Below are positions 48,548 to 61,067 of a stretch of 64,000 bases of DNA, piece by piece. The DNA is from Daphnia carinata (Eukaryota): positions 11,222,001 to 11,286,000 of the forward strand of contig NC_081331.1 in the NCBI RefSeq assembly GCF_022539665.2, in the 5' to 3' direction. How positions within the stretch are numbered: the stretch's first letter is position 1; every line of letters starts with the position of its first letter. The notes below the pieces were generated by a model. The model worked only from the letters and a program-made list of their open reading frames with translations, had not been told where the DNA came from and did not search any database. The position numbers and the translations under genes were made by a program.

Positions 48548-51010
48548 CATACACACATGGACACACTTGAGAGATCCGTGATAGTACGTGGGCACGAAAC
48601 AGTGCAACAGCGTAGCAAAACGGGCAAACCAAAGAGACATAAAGAGCAGCGAGAAAGAGAGAGAGTCGACTCTGAAGTCCTCGAACTTTCAGAAAAACAG
48701 GATTGAATCGGTTTGAACTACCGAGGTGTGTATAAGAAACCAGATCAGCGGCTCTGGCTAGCGAACAAACCAGCAACACGTTACATCAGATATCCTATAT
48801 ATACTGTATATCTCTTTGCCCTCTCTCATGCTCCTGAATGTGTGGCTCTATAGCAAGCTGACGGGCTGCTTGGCGGGCTTGCTGGTTTGCCCTTTTAGCT
48901 AGGCTGCAAGCCGTGAGCCGGAGCTGCCTTGCAATATAGATTGTCCACGTTTCAAACTGCACTTTGTGACTTGCATCCTTTGACCAGCATGCCAAACTTT
49001 GCTTCTATTCTATCCGTTCTATAAACCACTTGTGTCGCCGAGCCACAATCGATCGATTATTTATATCGTAATCCATGTTTTCAATTTATTTTTCTTGATT
49101 TATTCATTTATTTATTTTATTTATTTTGTCGAATTCTTTTATTCCCGGCGTTTTTGACAAGGATGTCCTGATAAAAAGAAGAAACAAAAAAAAATGGCCC
49201 CTCCCAACGGTGGCGTGACGTGCTGTAGCATCATCACTCGAATATAGTCGAATGACGAAGCAGTCTCGATGTCCGTGCTCTGATTATACTGGCCGACACG
49301 AAATTGAGGTTACGGAAAAGAAGCGATACGAACACAATCAATATAGCTGGTCATTATTTTTCTCTTTAATTTGTTAAATTTTTACTCATTTTGTTGGCCT
49401 TTCATTTCAGCCTACACCCTGAGACAAACGTTAGGGTCAACATGATGTCGTTGATGAGCAACTGTAGGTTCTTTTATTGCAACAGAAAATTGATGATTTC
49501 ATTTCCTTCGATTTTTTCTCCTACCAGTTTAGCTATTTCCTAACAGTTTCATAAGCTAATCTGTTTTCAGTGTCTTTCTCGATAACTGCTGTTGTTGCTG
49601 AGTCTTTTTTGTTTTCGTTGTCTTGATTGTCCTTTTCAAGATCAAGAGCAATGATGAACGGCTAGTGTTAAAAGTGAGCAGGGTCGACCTTGTCCCGCGG
49701 CCGTCTAACTTCCGTGAATGTTTCAAGTTGAGAGAAACCGATTCAAGGATTGATTAATCCTTGAGATAAGAATTTGAAGAAAAGTCCCAACAAACAAATC
49801 CAAATTGTGAAACAAAATATCTGTGCACATAGCAGCATAAGGAGTCATCGAGGAAGTGTCCCTGTTTACATAAGTAACTGGGGCTAAATTCAGCACACGA
49901 TTGTGTCTTATTTTTTAAACAACTCTGACCGGCTCTATTTGCGGAACTGATCTCTACATAACGGAATGCCGCTTCGTGATATTTCCATGTGTCCCAATGC
50001 CTGGGCTACGGGGTTTCACCTTTTTTTCTTTTCTTTTCTTTCTTTAATTTCATTTTTTGTTTATTTAACGTGAAAGTTCTTTTTTAATCGCCAAAATTCA
50101 ACTATGCAACACAAAAGATCAGGCAAGGTTGTTTTAAAACATAGAGATGTATTTCCAGTTTAGTCTTCAGCGGTTGGTATTTGCATATGGACGCGTCCTT
50201 GGTATTTCCCAGTAAAGAAAGGAAACAAAAATGAATGACTAGTATCACATTCGTTGCCCGTGTTGCCAAGGTTCACCTTTATTCCAAAAACCTGGTCCAT
50301 CACTTGTTGTTCTAGAAAGAAAATCTCCTAAATGATTATTTGGGATTCTCAGTACGTGCCTACAATCTTGGAACGTGCGATATTGGAAAGGTAATATTGA
50401 GCGTCACTTTGGATTCGTGGCTTTTCACTTCAAAGAATCTCAAAGTAGAACTGTAGAGAGAATCTGCGCCGTCATGACGTTAACTGAACGTTCACGGTCC
50501 GGCCACTATCCACTGCCGTTTTGGCGGCGCAAAGAATCGACAGGTGTCTGCGACTTTCTCTCCTCAGGCTCGCCATCCATCTATTTCATTAGGTTGACAC
50601 AGTTTTCCATATGGGGCTCATCCATTTCTGCGAACACTTCCAATTTGGCATCTTTCTCCAATACGTGTTCCCCGGTCGATTCTGATAATTGCTGAGAGAA
50701 GACCTGTACTTCTAAACATAAGCCAAGCGTCTAACCAAGTTAGCCAGCTAAACATGATCAAGTTAACATTGGCTATTCTTATCATGGGGCATACTCTCGT
50801 TTTAAATGGTAGTAAACGACGGAATTTTATAAAATGTAGTTTTGAAAGCCAAAATTTATATTTTAATTCCAAATCTGAATTCCAGTCATGCAGAGTCTCT
50901 GTGACTGGTGTGGCAACTCTGACTGTCTCGTGTGCGATAGCAGTTCGTCTGCTCCAGCACGTTTTAAAAAAACATTATTAACTTATTTAGCTGAATTAGT
51001 TATTCTAAAT

Positions 51011-52202
51011 ATGTCAGGCACTGAGCTTTTATCTGATCAAGGTTTGAGAATTGATGGACGGAAGCCGAATGAATTACGCAGGTTAAATCTTTTAGTAGTG
51101 CTTTCTTTTTCTTCTGTCGAGTGACATACGCACAATCTTTTTGTTCAGGATTCGCTGCTCGCTTGGCATTTTTGCTCAAGCTGACGGATCAGCTTACTTA
51201 GAACAGGGCAATACAAAAGTCCTTGCTGCTGTTTATGGACCACATGAAGTAGATTTCCAAGTTGTCATATGTATTCATGGGTTGTATTGCTCAATGTTTT
51301 ATTTGCCATAGATTCGAGGATCAAAATCAAAGGCACTGCATGACAAAGCATTTGTCAATTGTCAGTACAGTACAGCAACATTCAGCATGGGAGAGAGGAA
51401 ACGCAGGCCTAGAGGTGATCGAAAGAGCACTGAAATGTCAACTCATTTGGAGGAGACGTTTGCAGCAGCCATAAGGACTGAATTGTATCCAAGATCCCAA
51501 ATTGACATATTTGTAGAGGTAATATCTTCCTTCATCTCTTATCGAAGCTTGTGTGATAAGTGTCATCAAGTTACAGCATGCAAAATGACCCTACTGTCCT
51601 GAAAACCAATTTTTCCTTAAGAGCCTATTTTCAGCTGATTTTCCTTGTCACATGAGAGTGATGTATCACATGATATGTTAATATTGGGAAATATTGTTCA
51701 TTCAAAGGTCCTGCAAGCTGACGGCGGAAACTACACTACGTGCGTGAATGCCGCCATGGTTAGTACGAATAAAATTTTGGCTCGTGTAATCCGGCTAACA
51801 TCAATGATTGAAATGATTTAGATGGCGCTGGTAGATGCCGGAGTTCCTCTCAAAGACACTGTTGTATCTTGCACTGCCTCCCTAGTCAAGGACATGCCTC
51901 TTGTGGATGTGAATCACGTTGAGCAAAGTGGCGGGAGTCCTGAACTGGTCGTTTCAATTCTACCGCACTCGGGAGAGGTGTTATGATTAATTTGTCTTTT
52001 TATTTGTTTATGTGAAGCATTACAAATTTTCATTTACAAATTTCAGATTGTTTACATGTCGCTAACTCAACGTTTCCACATCGACCACCTCAGTAAAGTT
52101 CTGGATACGGCCATTAAGGGATGCAAGGACATTGGCGCCATTTTGAAAGAAATTATGAAGGGGCATCTGACCAAGTTGGACACTTCATTGCAAGCCTCGT
52201 GA
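51011..52202 (+). CDS. EXOSC4: Exosome complex component RRP41 (multi-exon)
   Basis: ELLSDQGLRIDGRKPNELRR, QADGSAYLEQGNTKVLAAVYGPHE, ELYPRSQIDIFVEVLQADGG, ALVDAGVP; stop TGA at 52200-52202. Confidence 0.95.
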
Positions 52203-52252
52203 GAGCGAAAATAAAATGACTGGAATTTCGAATCATGAAAACGAAGCATGAA

Positions 52253-55200
52253 TCAATCAATTGCGTTAAACGCTTCAAGGTCATCCTCCACTGTGAACGG
52301 TGCATCTATCAACCTGTAGATTTAATTAAAAGGCACGTTAACAATCAGCTCTAGTAAATTGGAAATAATTCTGATTTGCCTGATAACTGATTCGCCACAT
52401 AGGACACAATCTGCAGCCATGATGTCGTCCAGATCCTGCAGCAATTGCTCACGTGAACCGAGTGAAGACGACGCTAGCGACAAGGAATCTGCATCGTTAT
52501 TAGGCAAGGAGGCCAGCTCTCTTTGGAGTTCAGCTACGCGCTCTCTTCGCATTTGGCTCATGGTCGTTAAGACTCGAGGCAGAAGACAATCACCGTGGAA
52601 CCGATGGCCGCAAGGAAACAGGTAAGCCGATCTAGTTAGAAGTGGGGAACGGCATAAATGGCAGTGGTCTCCTGCCTGTACGACAATCGATTTGTGTCGA
52701 AAAACTTGAATCTCATGACGCAAAGCGTCGGCCGCTTTGGTTGCCTCTTCCATCTCTTCTTTAAGCGTATCCAAATGATGGCTGTATTCTTGAAGCGATT
52801 GGCTGATTGCGTCTTTGAACAAATCGATGGTGGTAAAGTCCGGAAAGAAAGGCAGCACGTCCTCTATTTTGAGCAGGTTGCACTGCTGCAACACAGCCAT
52901 GGCACGTTGAATGTCACGTTCTTTCTCCACTACGTGTCTGGCAATGCGGAGCCATAGCTTCTTGCGTAGCTCTTCGTTTTCTTCCGGCATATCGGCCGTC
53001 TGACGCGCCAACGCCGCATCCACTTTGAGAGCCATTTCTACGGCCGGTTGATAAAGCCCCATAATACGATACAGCAAGACACAAGCCTGTAATTGGCTTG
53101 TGTCAGCAGCCAAGCATAATCGTAACGCCGATTGGGCATCGTAGGGAACCGTCTTCACATCCTCACCTGTTTACGCGAATCAGATACGTTAATATAAATT
53201 GATTTAAAACGAAAGAAGAATAAACCGTTACCTTGTCCGTTGAGGTAAGGTAAGGTTTTATCCGGAGCGTATCGAATGTACAAGGAGAAGAGCAACGTAT
53301 GTAAAGAGCGATCTTTACAGTTAAGCTGGCAAGCGCAGTGTTCCACGAAGCGAATAATCTCTTTGGCTAATCGGGCATCGCCGTCAGACAAGGCGGCAAA
53401 GAGTAAGGGCGTGACTCGACTCAATTCCAGGTTGTGAGCTTTGTAGATCAATAGATCAACTGTTTCTTTGGGCTGCTCCTGAAGCAACACCGGGCAGGCG
53501 TTGTAGAGCAACTCGGAATCGGAGGATTCCATCAGCACGCTCAAGGCTTCCTTGTAGTTGCGGTCCAGTAAATGTTGTTCCATGATCCGCTGGCTATCTT
53601 TGAGTTTTCCGGCCAAATGGAGTATTACATCGTGCAGCCCGTGGCTTGACAGCAAGCTGTACACGGCTCCAAGATTTGATTTGATGCATTCCTATAATTA
53701 TCAATGAAAGATGTATAGGCCTCTTGACAAACCAAAAAGGTATTCGTACCATGATACGCCTTTGTTCTGTAAAACGATTGAGGGTGTCCCAGCTGCTTTG
53801 ATACTGTGGACTGTCCGTCTTGATTCCAGCGTCTTTGAGCGAACCGAGCTTGCGGAGCATTAGCTCCAGCAGCCACAGAACTAGCATTGAAAGTTGCATC
53901 CGTTGATCTCCTTTCAATCGCGATGCTTTCTGTTTTTAAAATGGTTTCAATTTTTGAACTTGTTTGGTAGTTTCATGACATGATATACCTCTAGTAAAAA
54001 CGCTTGAAGGGCGTCTTCTTGCTTGATTTCCATAAATTTGAGAGCTACTTCTTCAAAGGAAGCTTCAGTCTGGGCGTAAAGTTTGGCTGCTTTCTCGTAT
54101 CTGCCGTACAAAGAAGCTTCATATGCAATTGTTTTTCTAACTACAAAAATTTGTTTCATACGTACTGGTGTTTACTGAGAAGATGATGAGCCTGGTGCAA
54201 AAGGACTTGCGACCTCTGACTGGCGTTGTTCCCACAAAATTGCAACGCTAGGTCGAATTGCTTTTGTTCCATGTACATCTATGAACGATATTTCAAAGAG
54301 ATTTTTTTCGTTTTGATTTTTCGTTTTAGAGGGTGGGGGGGGGAGTTAATTTATTGCAAATACCTGCCAAATGTGGCGGGATTCGTCAGTGACTGTGTAA
54401 CGGAAAAGAGCGTAGTCGGCGAACGACCACAACACGGGCCCTTGTTGATTTTTTTTGTTCCGTCCATCGCAAGTTAAACCGCGGAGATCTCCAAAACTCT
54501 GTGCATACCATCTCATTTAGTACGAATAAAAGAAAACGTAGATTTTTTTTTTTTTCGCACAAAAATGCTGTCCAACCTGATCGTAAGTGTCTTCGTAAAC
54601 AAGTTGCTGATTAACGGTGCAGACAATTCGCAGACGGTCGTAAAAAACCATTGCCAAATGAAAAGGGGTGAGGGCCACTTCCAATGGGAACTTGTGATGC
54701 CCGCGTTTTTTGCTGATCTCCGATGGTTCTGACGACGTGTCGGGCAAGGGGTAAGGAATCATTCGATGCTGCGGGCTCAGAACGCCGTCCTTGTCTGATA
54801 CCTGTGAAGTTCATATTTCGTAATTATGATAACTTTCCTGTAACGTTGAAAATGGTGGTTTCTGGGGACCTGTGCTAAGAGGACCCCATTGCCTGTCATC
54901 CAAGCAACTTGAGTCGGCTGGTCGTTGGCAAAACAAAGCCGCAAGCGGGACACGGGGAATTCACTCGGAATTTCGATGAATTTTTCTGTTATTTGTTTTA
55001 TCAATTGATTTTAACAGATAATCTTGAAGCACTGGTATAATTTATCCAATTATCACCTTTGGTATTGAGATAGGCGTGGAAAATAGATTGCAATAAGGGT
55101 CTGTCGTCCATCCGATTCATGAGGTTGCCTTGGAATTGGTATAATTTTGTCATCGTAGTTATCAGTACTCCGTAGACGGATTGGCCTTCTCCTGCTGAAC

Positions 55201-56095
55201 GCAACCGAAAGTATTCCAAACCAGTAATCATTGTAGGTGTTCCCCGTCCGAGATCGAAGACCTAAAGAAAAATTACAAGTTTCATTTATCTATCTTCCTT
55301 CTTGGGAGTAGTTCAATGGAATTTGGTTTCACTTGTTTCCAGTATATTTCACTTCCACTCTGATTGATTTCTGTTTCATAGATGAAGCCCTTAGAAGTTC
55401 CCAAAAGAATAGGACCAGTAGTTTGTCCAATGTTGGATGTGCACCATCCAACTGCTGTTATAAAATTTCCTTTGGTTTTTGTCACCTATGCATTCAGAAA
55501 TGTTATTTTCTTTTCAATTCAGTTTTGGGTAGTTTATCTGATTCACTGAGTACCTGCCGTGGTTTTGCTGAGTTAGCATGAACGTAAATTAGCTCTGCAT
55601 TGTTATCTTCCCGTTCTGGGTCCCTTTCCCTGTCTTTGTGCACGGCACTTACTAGGATGTGGCAGCCCGTAGGATCAACAAACAACCTTTGTATTTTGTA
55701 ACCAGCTGTCAGATTTTTGTTGAGATCAAGCTCTGCGATCATGTAAAGGGTTAAATACTTTAATGGCTGATGGGCTTTTGCTTTAACTTACCATCAATAT
55801 TGTCGGGTAACTGGGTATCTATTCTCAAGAGGTTGTTGTTGACCAGAACGAGCGTTATGCGACCGGACTGGGCGCACATGTGATGAACGGGATATTTAGG
55901 CTGATAGTCGACTTTCTGCTTGGCGAACATGGGCCGCTCGTTCTCCAGCAGCGTATTGATAAATACGGTCGTCCCGGCCTGTATGCGTTGACGTAACAGC
56001 AAAAGTCCATTAAAACTAACTATCCGTCTTCCTTGAAAATTACAACAGCATACCTGTTTGCTAGCTTTTTCATATTGGTCGAGGATGGACGTCAT
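52253..56095 (-). CDS. VPS18: Vacuolar protein sorting 18 (HOPS/CORVET subunit, deep orange), multi-exon
   Basis: MTSILDQYE start, LFVDPTGCH, ITAVGW...ILLGTSKG, SFEEVALKF, KKLWLRIARHVV, LLKIEDVLPFFPDFTTIDLFK, RING CHLC...FPCGHRFHGDC...CVLCGESVIR|LIDAPF. Confidence 0.95.
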
Positions 56096-59000
56096 TTTTC
56101 GTTCATTCACGGCAAAGGACTGCAGCTTTCAGAATTTTTGTTTTGACAGCTGACTTGTATACACGCTCACTAGAGCCACCTATGTCCCAGCATTTGAGTG
56201 ATACGTTCATCGCACAAAATCAACCAACTCTATTGTTAAAACATTATTTTATTATTAATAAGAAAACCAACGTCTCCCTCCCAACAATAAAGTAGGAAAT
56301 TCTACGCGTTTTCTTTTCTCTCTACGATGATCAGTCGGGTGATTGATGAAGCCAATTCGGAATATTTAATGGGCTCCATTAGGATTCCTTTCACAAGTTA
56401 AGGTTCGGTGTATTGCTACCCCCAACTATAGGAGGAGAAAATCCATCATCTCGAATCAAGTGACATCGTTACCGCTTTTTCTATTCATTTTTTTTCCTAC
56501 CCCGTAAGCGGATGCATTAGTTTCGTTTCTTCACCTTCAATGCTGATGATCACCAAGCATATGTTGCTCATCAAGGCAAAAAGTAATTTTTTTTTTCTTT
56601 TACCTTACGTATTTCTTCCCCAAAAACTTGATTATCATTATTATTATGATTTTCCCTCTTTTCGTCTCTTACCCAGAGCTCGTCACTCAGCTGCGCACGC
56701 TGCGGGTTTTAAAGATAAAAAAGCTCTTCAAACCCCAGCAGGTCTTCGTTTTGGCTCTGCTTGAGCGAGAAGATCTACCGTACGTCGAAAAGATCCATCT
56801 TGTCTTGCGACCTCGTTTTCTTTCATCCTTTTTTTTTTTCTTTTTTAGCATTTTCCCCCTTTATAATACTTTCCCCACTAGCCGGCTGTCTTCTTTCTCC
56901 ACCGTATGTCTGTCTGTGCAGCAAGCATTGGATGTTATTTTATTATTTTGTACACTATTTTTACGAGTGAAACCGAGGAACGCTAAAGAATAGATATTGC
57001 ACAAGTTATTTCTCTCCCGTTGGAGATAAATGAAGGGGTAGGAAAAAAAAAAGAACGAAAAAGATGGTGCACCCTGTGAAACACTCGTGTTTTTTTTTTT
57101 TTTTTTTTTTTTTTTTTCAAAGCAACAAATATGACACAGACAGAGTGATACTTGGAAAGTATATGAAGTGTTTCCATATTTAATATTACCGGTGCCGTAA
57201 AAGCGTTGATGGATTTCCCCTTGCCCCGTTCTCCGATAATAACAGCACGCTAGGTGATAGAAAGAAATGAGAAGAACGTATTATTATGTCCATCTGTATA
57301 CCGAAATATAGTGATGAGACATATAGTCAACACTCGTGAGGTACGAGAGAGAAAAGGAAGAAGAAGAAAAAAAAAAAAACTAATATCTTAAACGAGTCGC
57401 AATTGTTCAGGTCCCAGAACTCGATGGCTATTTGCTCATTGTTGTCCTTCGGGGGAGGGTGTCCCAATATCCGCTCCATCTTTGTAGCTCGTAATATTTG
57501 CTTGATGGGCGGCGTTGGGTACATACTGGGATGGAAAAAAAAAGAAGAAGAAGAAAAACGGACAGATTGACAGGAATGAAGGACAACGTGTTGTTTCTCT
57601 TCTTTTTACTTTTGACAACATTGCGGATTCGATCGTCAGTTGTCTATACGGACGGACAGCCAAGGCAGGAAAGAGAGGCGGTGCATCGGAAGCAATCAGC
57701 CATTGCGTATAGATGTATGGAATAGACAGACAGAGAGAGAAATAAAAGAATCCATCAGTGCCAGCTTCAAGATCCTGCGATGTCTTTGCGACCCCCTCTC
57801 TCCATCTCCCAGAATGATGTTAATAGATCTTTCTTCCTTTGGCGTTCATTTCTTTTTTTTTCTTCTTCTTCTTCTTCTTTCCCCCCTTGGGGCTGTTGTT
57901 CTTGTTGTTGTTGCCCCATCTATATCAGAGTAAAGAAAATAGGCCTATTGACATATCCAAGGGAGGAAAAAAACAAAACAAACACCAACACCTCCTGAAC
58001 AATCGATCTGATGTTGGGGTGTTCACTTGGCTGTATCTGACTGAAAAAAAAAAAAAACAAGGAGGGGAAGAAAAAAAAAAGGACCTTAATGTCTTCGACG
58101 ACGTAGCAAAGCTCATCGCAAGTCTTTTGAAGTTCCGCCCATTCGATCGGTAACAGAAGCGTCCATATCAGCAGCATCGCGCTTTTTTTCTTTTTGAATG
58201 CCCCAACATATCAAGTGTTGGAAAAAGGGGGAAATGTACAGATTACGTAGTTAAATGAAATAGGCTGCGTTTATATATATGTACCCCCGTGCGGGACTGG
58301 TCATTCGGCTAATCAATCGATCCTTTCAGACCAGCCGATTCACTAGGGAATCTTTTTTTCTTTTTTTTTGGACCTACATTTTGAATGTGATGCGGTTGCT
58401 GGGCCTATGGTATCTGTAACACATCGTGAAAGGAGAGGTTGTGGCCGTACTTTGGACGTTAATGGATTCGTGGAACTTGCCCTCGTCGACACCTGACTCG
58501 ACCCAGGAGAGCACACGAAATTATCGGCGGGAACTGACATCCGCTTTTTTCTAAGCGTTGTTGAGTTTTATTTTTATTTTTTTTTTTTTTCTCTTCTCTC
58601 TCGTTGCTGGAACCGATTTTCTTTTCATCTTCTTTTCCTCTGCGTTTCTTATTACTTACGGTTCGCACAACTCCAGTATTCAGAACTTCGCGTCGCTGTA
58701 ACACATCCCTGTGTCACTGCGTCGCGTAGATCGGATCAGCTTTCAAAAAACCACTGGACTGGAAATCGACGCATTTTATTTTATTTTATTTTTTTTTTTT
58801 GAAAAATGATTTCGTTTTTTGAAATTTGCGGACAGACAAAAAAATAGGAAGCGGAATATTTCTCTACTGCGAACTAAACCTTGTCATCCGTACACACGAC
58901 AGTGAGAGGTGCTCAGATCTAACGTACATTTGCATGCGAACAAACATCCCGAGATAGAAAACCTTTTTTTTTTTTTTCTATTTTCAAATGATAAAAAGAA

Positions 59001-61044
59001 AATAGAAACAAATTTTCTTGTCAAAAATGCACATCGAGGCAATCCCTTCTACTGTAAAGTAGCCAGGAAAAGAAAAAAAAAAAAAATGTGAGAAATAAGG
59101 AATTGATAATATTCTTATGTTGTGCGTGTAAAGTCTCGTGAGAACTCAACCGGCTTGAAAGTCTTTTCCTTTTTTTTTTTTTTTTTTTTTTTCAATAAGA
59201 GTCTTTTCCATTCTTATTTCGTATAGATTTTTTTTCCCCCTTCTTCTTCTCCATGTCAGTCTCTCCCCCCTCCACTGATGGATTTTTATGTTACAACGTG
59301 AGTCGAGAAGAGTTAAGAGAAAGAAAAAAAAAAAAGAGTTAAGACATTTACAGAGAAAAAAAAAAGATAAGAGACGGAGTTAGAAATACTGAAAAAGAAG
59401 GGAAGGCGGAGTCTTGAGCAATTCAACATGATTGGGAGACTCAATCCAAATGTGTTTTTTTTTTTTTTTTTTCGGGAAAGAAAGGGGGGGGGGGTTTCCA
59501 CCCTTTTCTCGATCTATCTCTTCGGACTGCTGTCTTAGACGATAGTTACCATCATTGCTAGATAGAGGGGTCCGGAAGAGGTCGGTCGGATAAAGCCCGC
59601 AATGGATATAGCCATCCGTTGCAATATAGCGCACATACAGCACAAACGACGTCCGGTTCCACGACGAATGTCAGGAAAGAGGAGCTGAAAATAATAAAAA
59701 AAAAAGACACACATATACACACACAAAAAATTGCAATCCACATCTCCTCTAATTTCTTTTAGAAATAAAAATAGCCTTAAATTACAAAGACAAAGTATTA
59801 GAAGAATCCGCACAAATTGTAATGACCGTTCTCTTTTAATCCGTGCGGATCAACGGAGAGAGCCCTTCGCTCGCACGATATAATCCCGCGGATTAATGTA
59901 TTACAAGAAAAAACAAGGAGAAAAATATAGAGATGGGGAACGATAAGCGTTCAATATAGGACCTCTCTATATACTCCATATATAATACATAATCTTAGAT
60001 GATGATTGTTATTATTATTTTTTATGAGGGATGGACACGGATGGCGGAACTTTGCCCGGCTGCCGCGATCCACATCACCGAACGAATGCACGTCGCCCGG
60101 TTGAATTAGCATCGCTAGCGTCCACTGTTGCAAAAGAAAGATGAGGGCTAACATCTCGGATTTTTTTTTTTTTTTTCCAGTAACAGTTCCATGGTGAAAG
60201 AGCCATCCAAGTGTAAAAAAAAAAAAAAAAAAAAAAAAGAAGAAGAAAAGGGGGGAAGTTACAAAGGAAACGATAAGAGCCTACATCCTATGGCGATCAT
60301 CTTTTGTGTTCTTTTTCATGTTTTTGTTACGTCACGAAAGCAAAAAAAAAAAAAAAAAAATGGGGTTGGTGTTTCGCAGCTTTTACGTCATTTTCTTGTT
60401 CAGTCCGTTGACAGTGTCACGAATCAATTGCAAACAATGTTTGCTTTTTGCGGGGGGGGGGGGGGGGAATAAAATCCTTGTGTTAAAAAAAAAAAATGGA
60501 CGGGGAAATGATAAGACGATTCTGAAAAGAAAAATCTTATAGATACTTGTACAGAAAGAATTGATGGAAGGATATATGGTGGATTGCGGGGGGAATGAAA
60601 AAAGAAAAAAAAGAAAAATAAATAAATGATATCATCCAGCATTCCATACGATACGCGCCAAAAAGATGGCCGAAGAAGGATCTGATCTTATTGCAAAGGG
60701 GGGAAAAAAAAAAGAGTGGGGGGATGAAGGTTGGCGATCGGGAGACATTGAACGATGATGTCGCCTCCTCCGCCTTTTTCTTTCTTTTCACGACGTGTCG
60801 TCGACACGGAGCTATCTTCTTTTTTCTTTAGTCTTTTGTATTTTTTTCTTTCTTTTTTTTTTTTAATGTCAAAGTCTACGTAGCACCGAGGTCGACAACA
60901 CGTGTGGAATTGAATTATTCCCACTGTTGGATCGCCCCGACTTGTGCAGCCAATGCCCATTCGATTCGGCTTCGATTTTATTTATTGACCTGATAGATAG
61001 GCCTGCCATCAGTTCACATCCCCGCCCATTTTTAGCGGTACATT

Positions 61045-61067
61045 TATATATATATATATATATATAT
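61045..61067. repeat. (TA)n microsatellite
   Basis: Contiguous TA dinucleotide run. Confidence 0.85.

Noticed and set aside
51519..51707. Longer EXOSC4 intron as a possible C/D snoRNA host
   Set aside because: CTGA is present but there is no canonical RTGATGA C box, terminal stem or identifiable rRNA guide.
6736..52202. SKIV2L and EXOSC4 (same RNA-decay pathway) in one window
   Set aside because: They are ~40 kb apart with many unrelated genes between; no sign of functional clustering.
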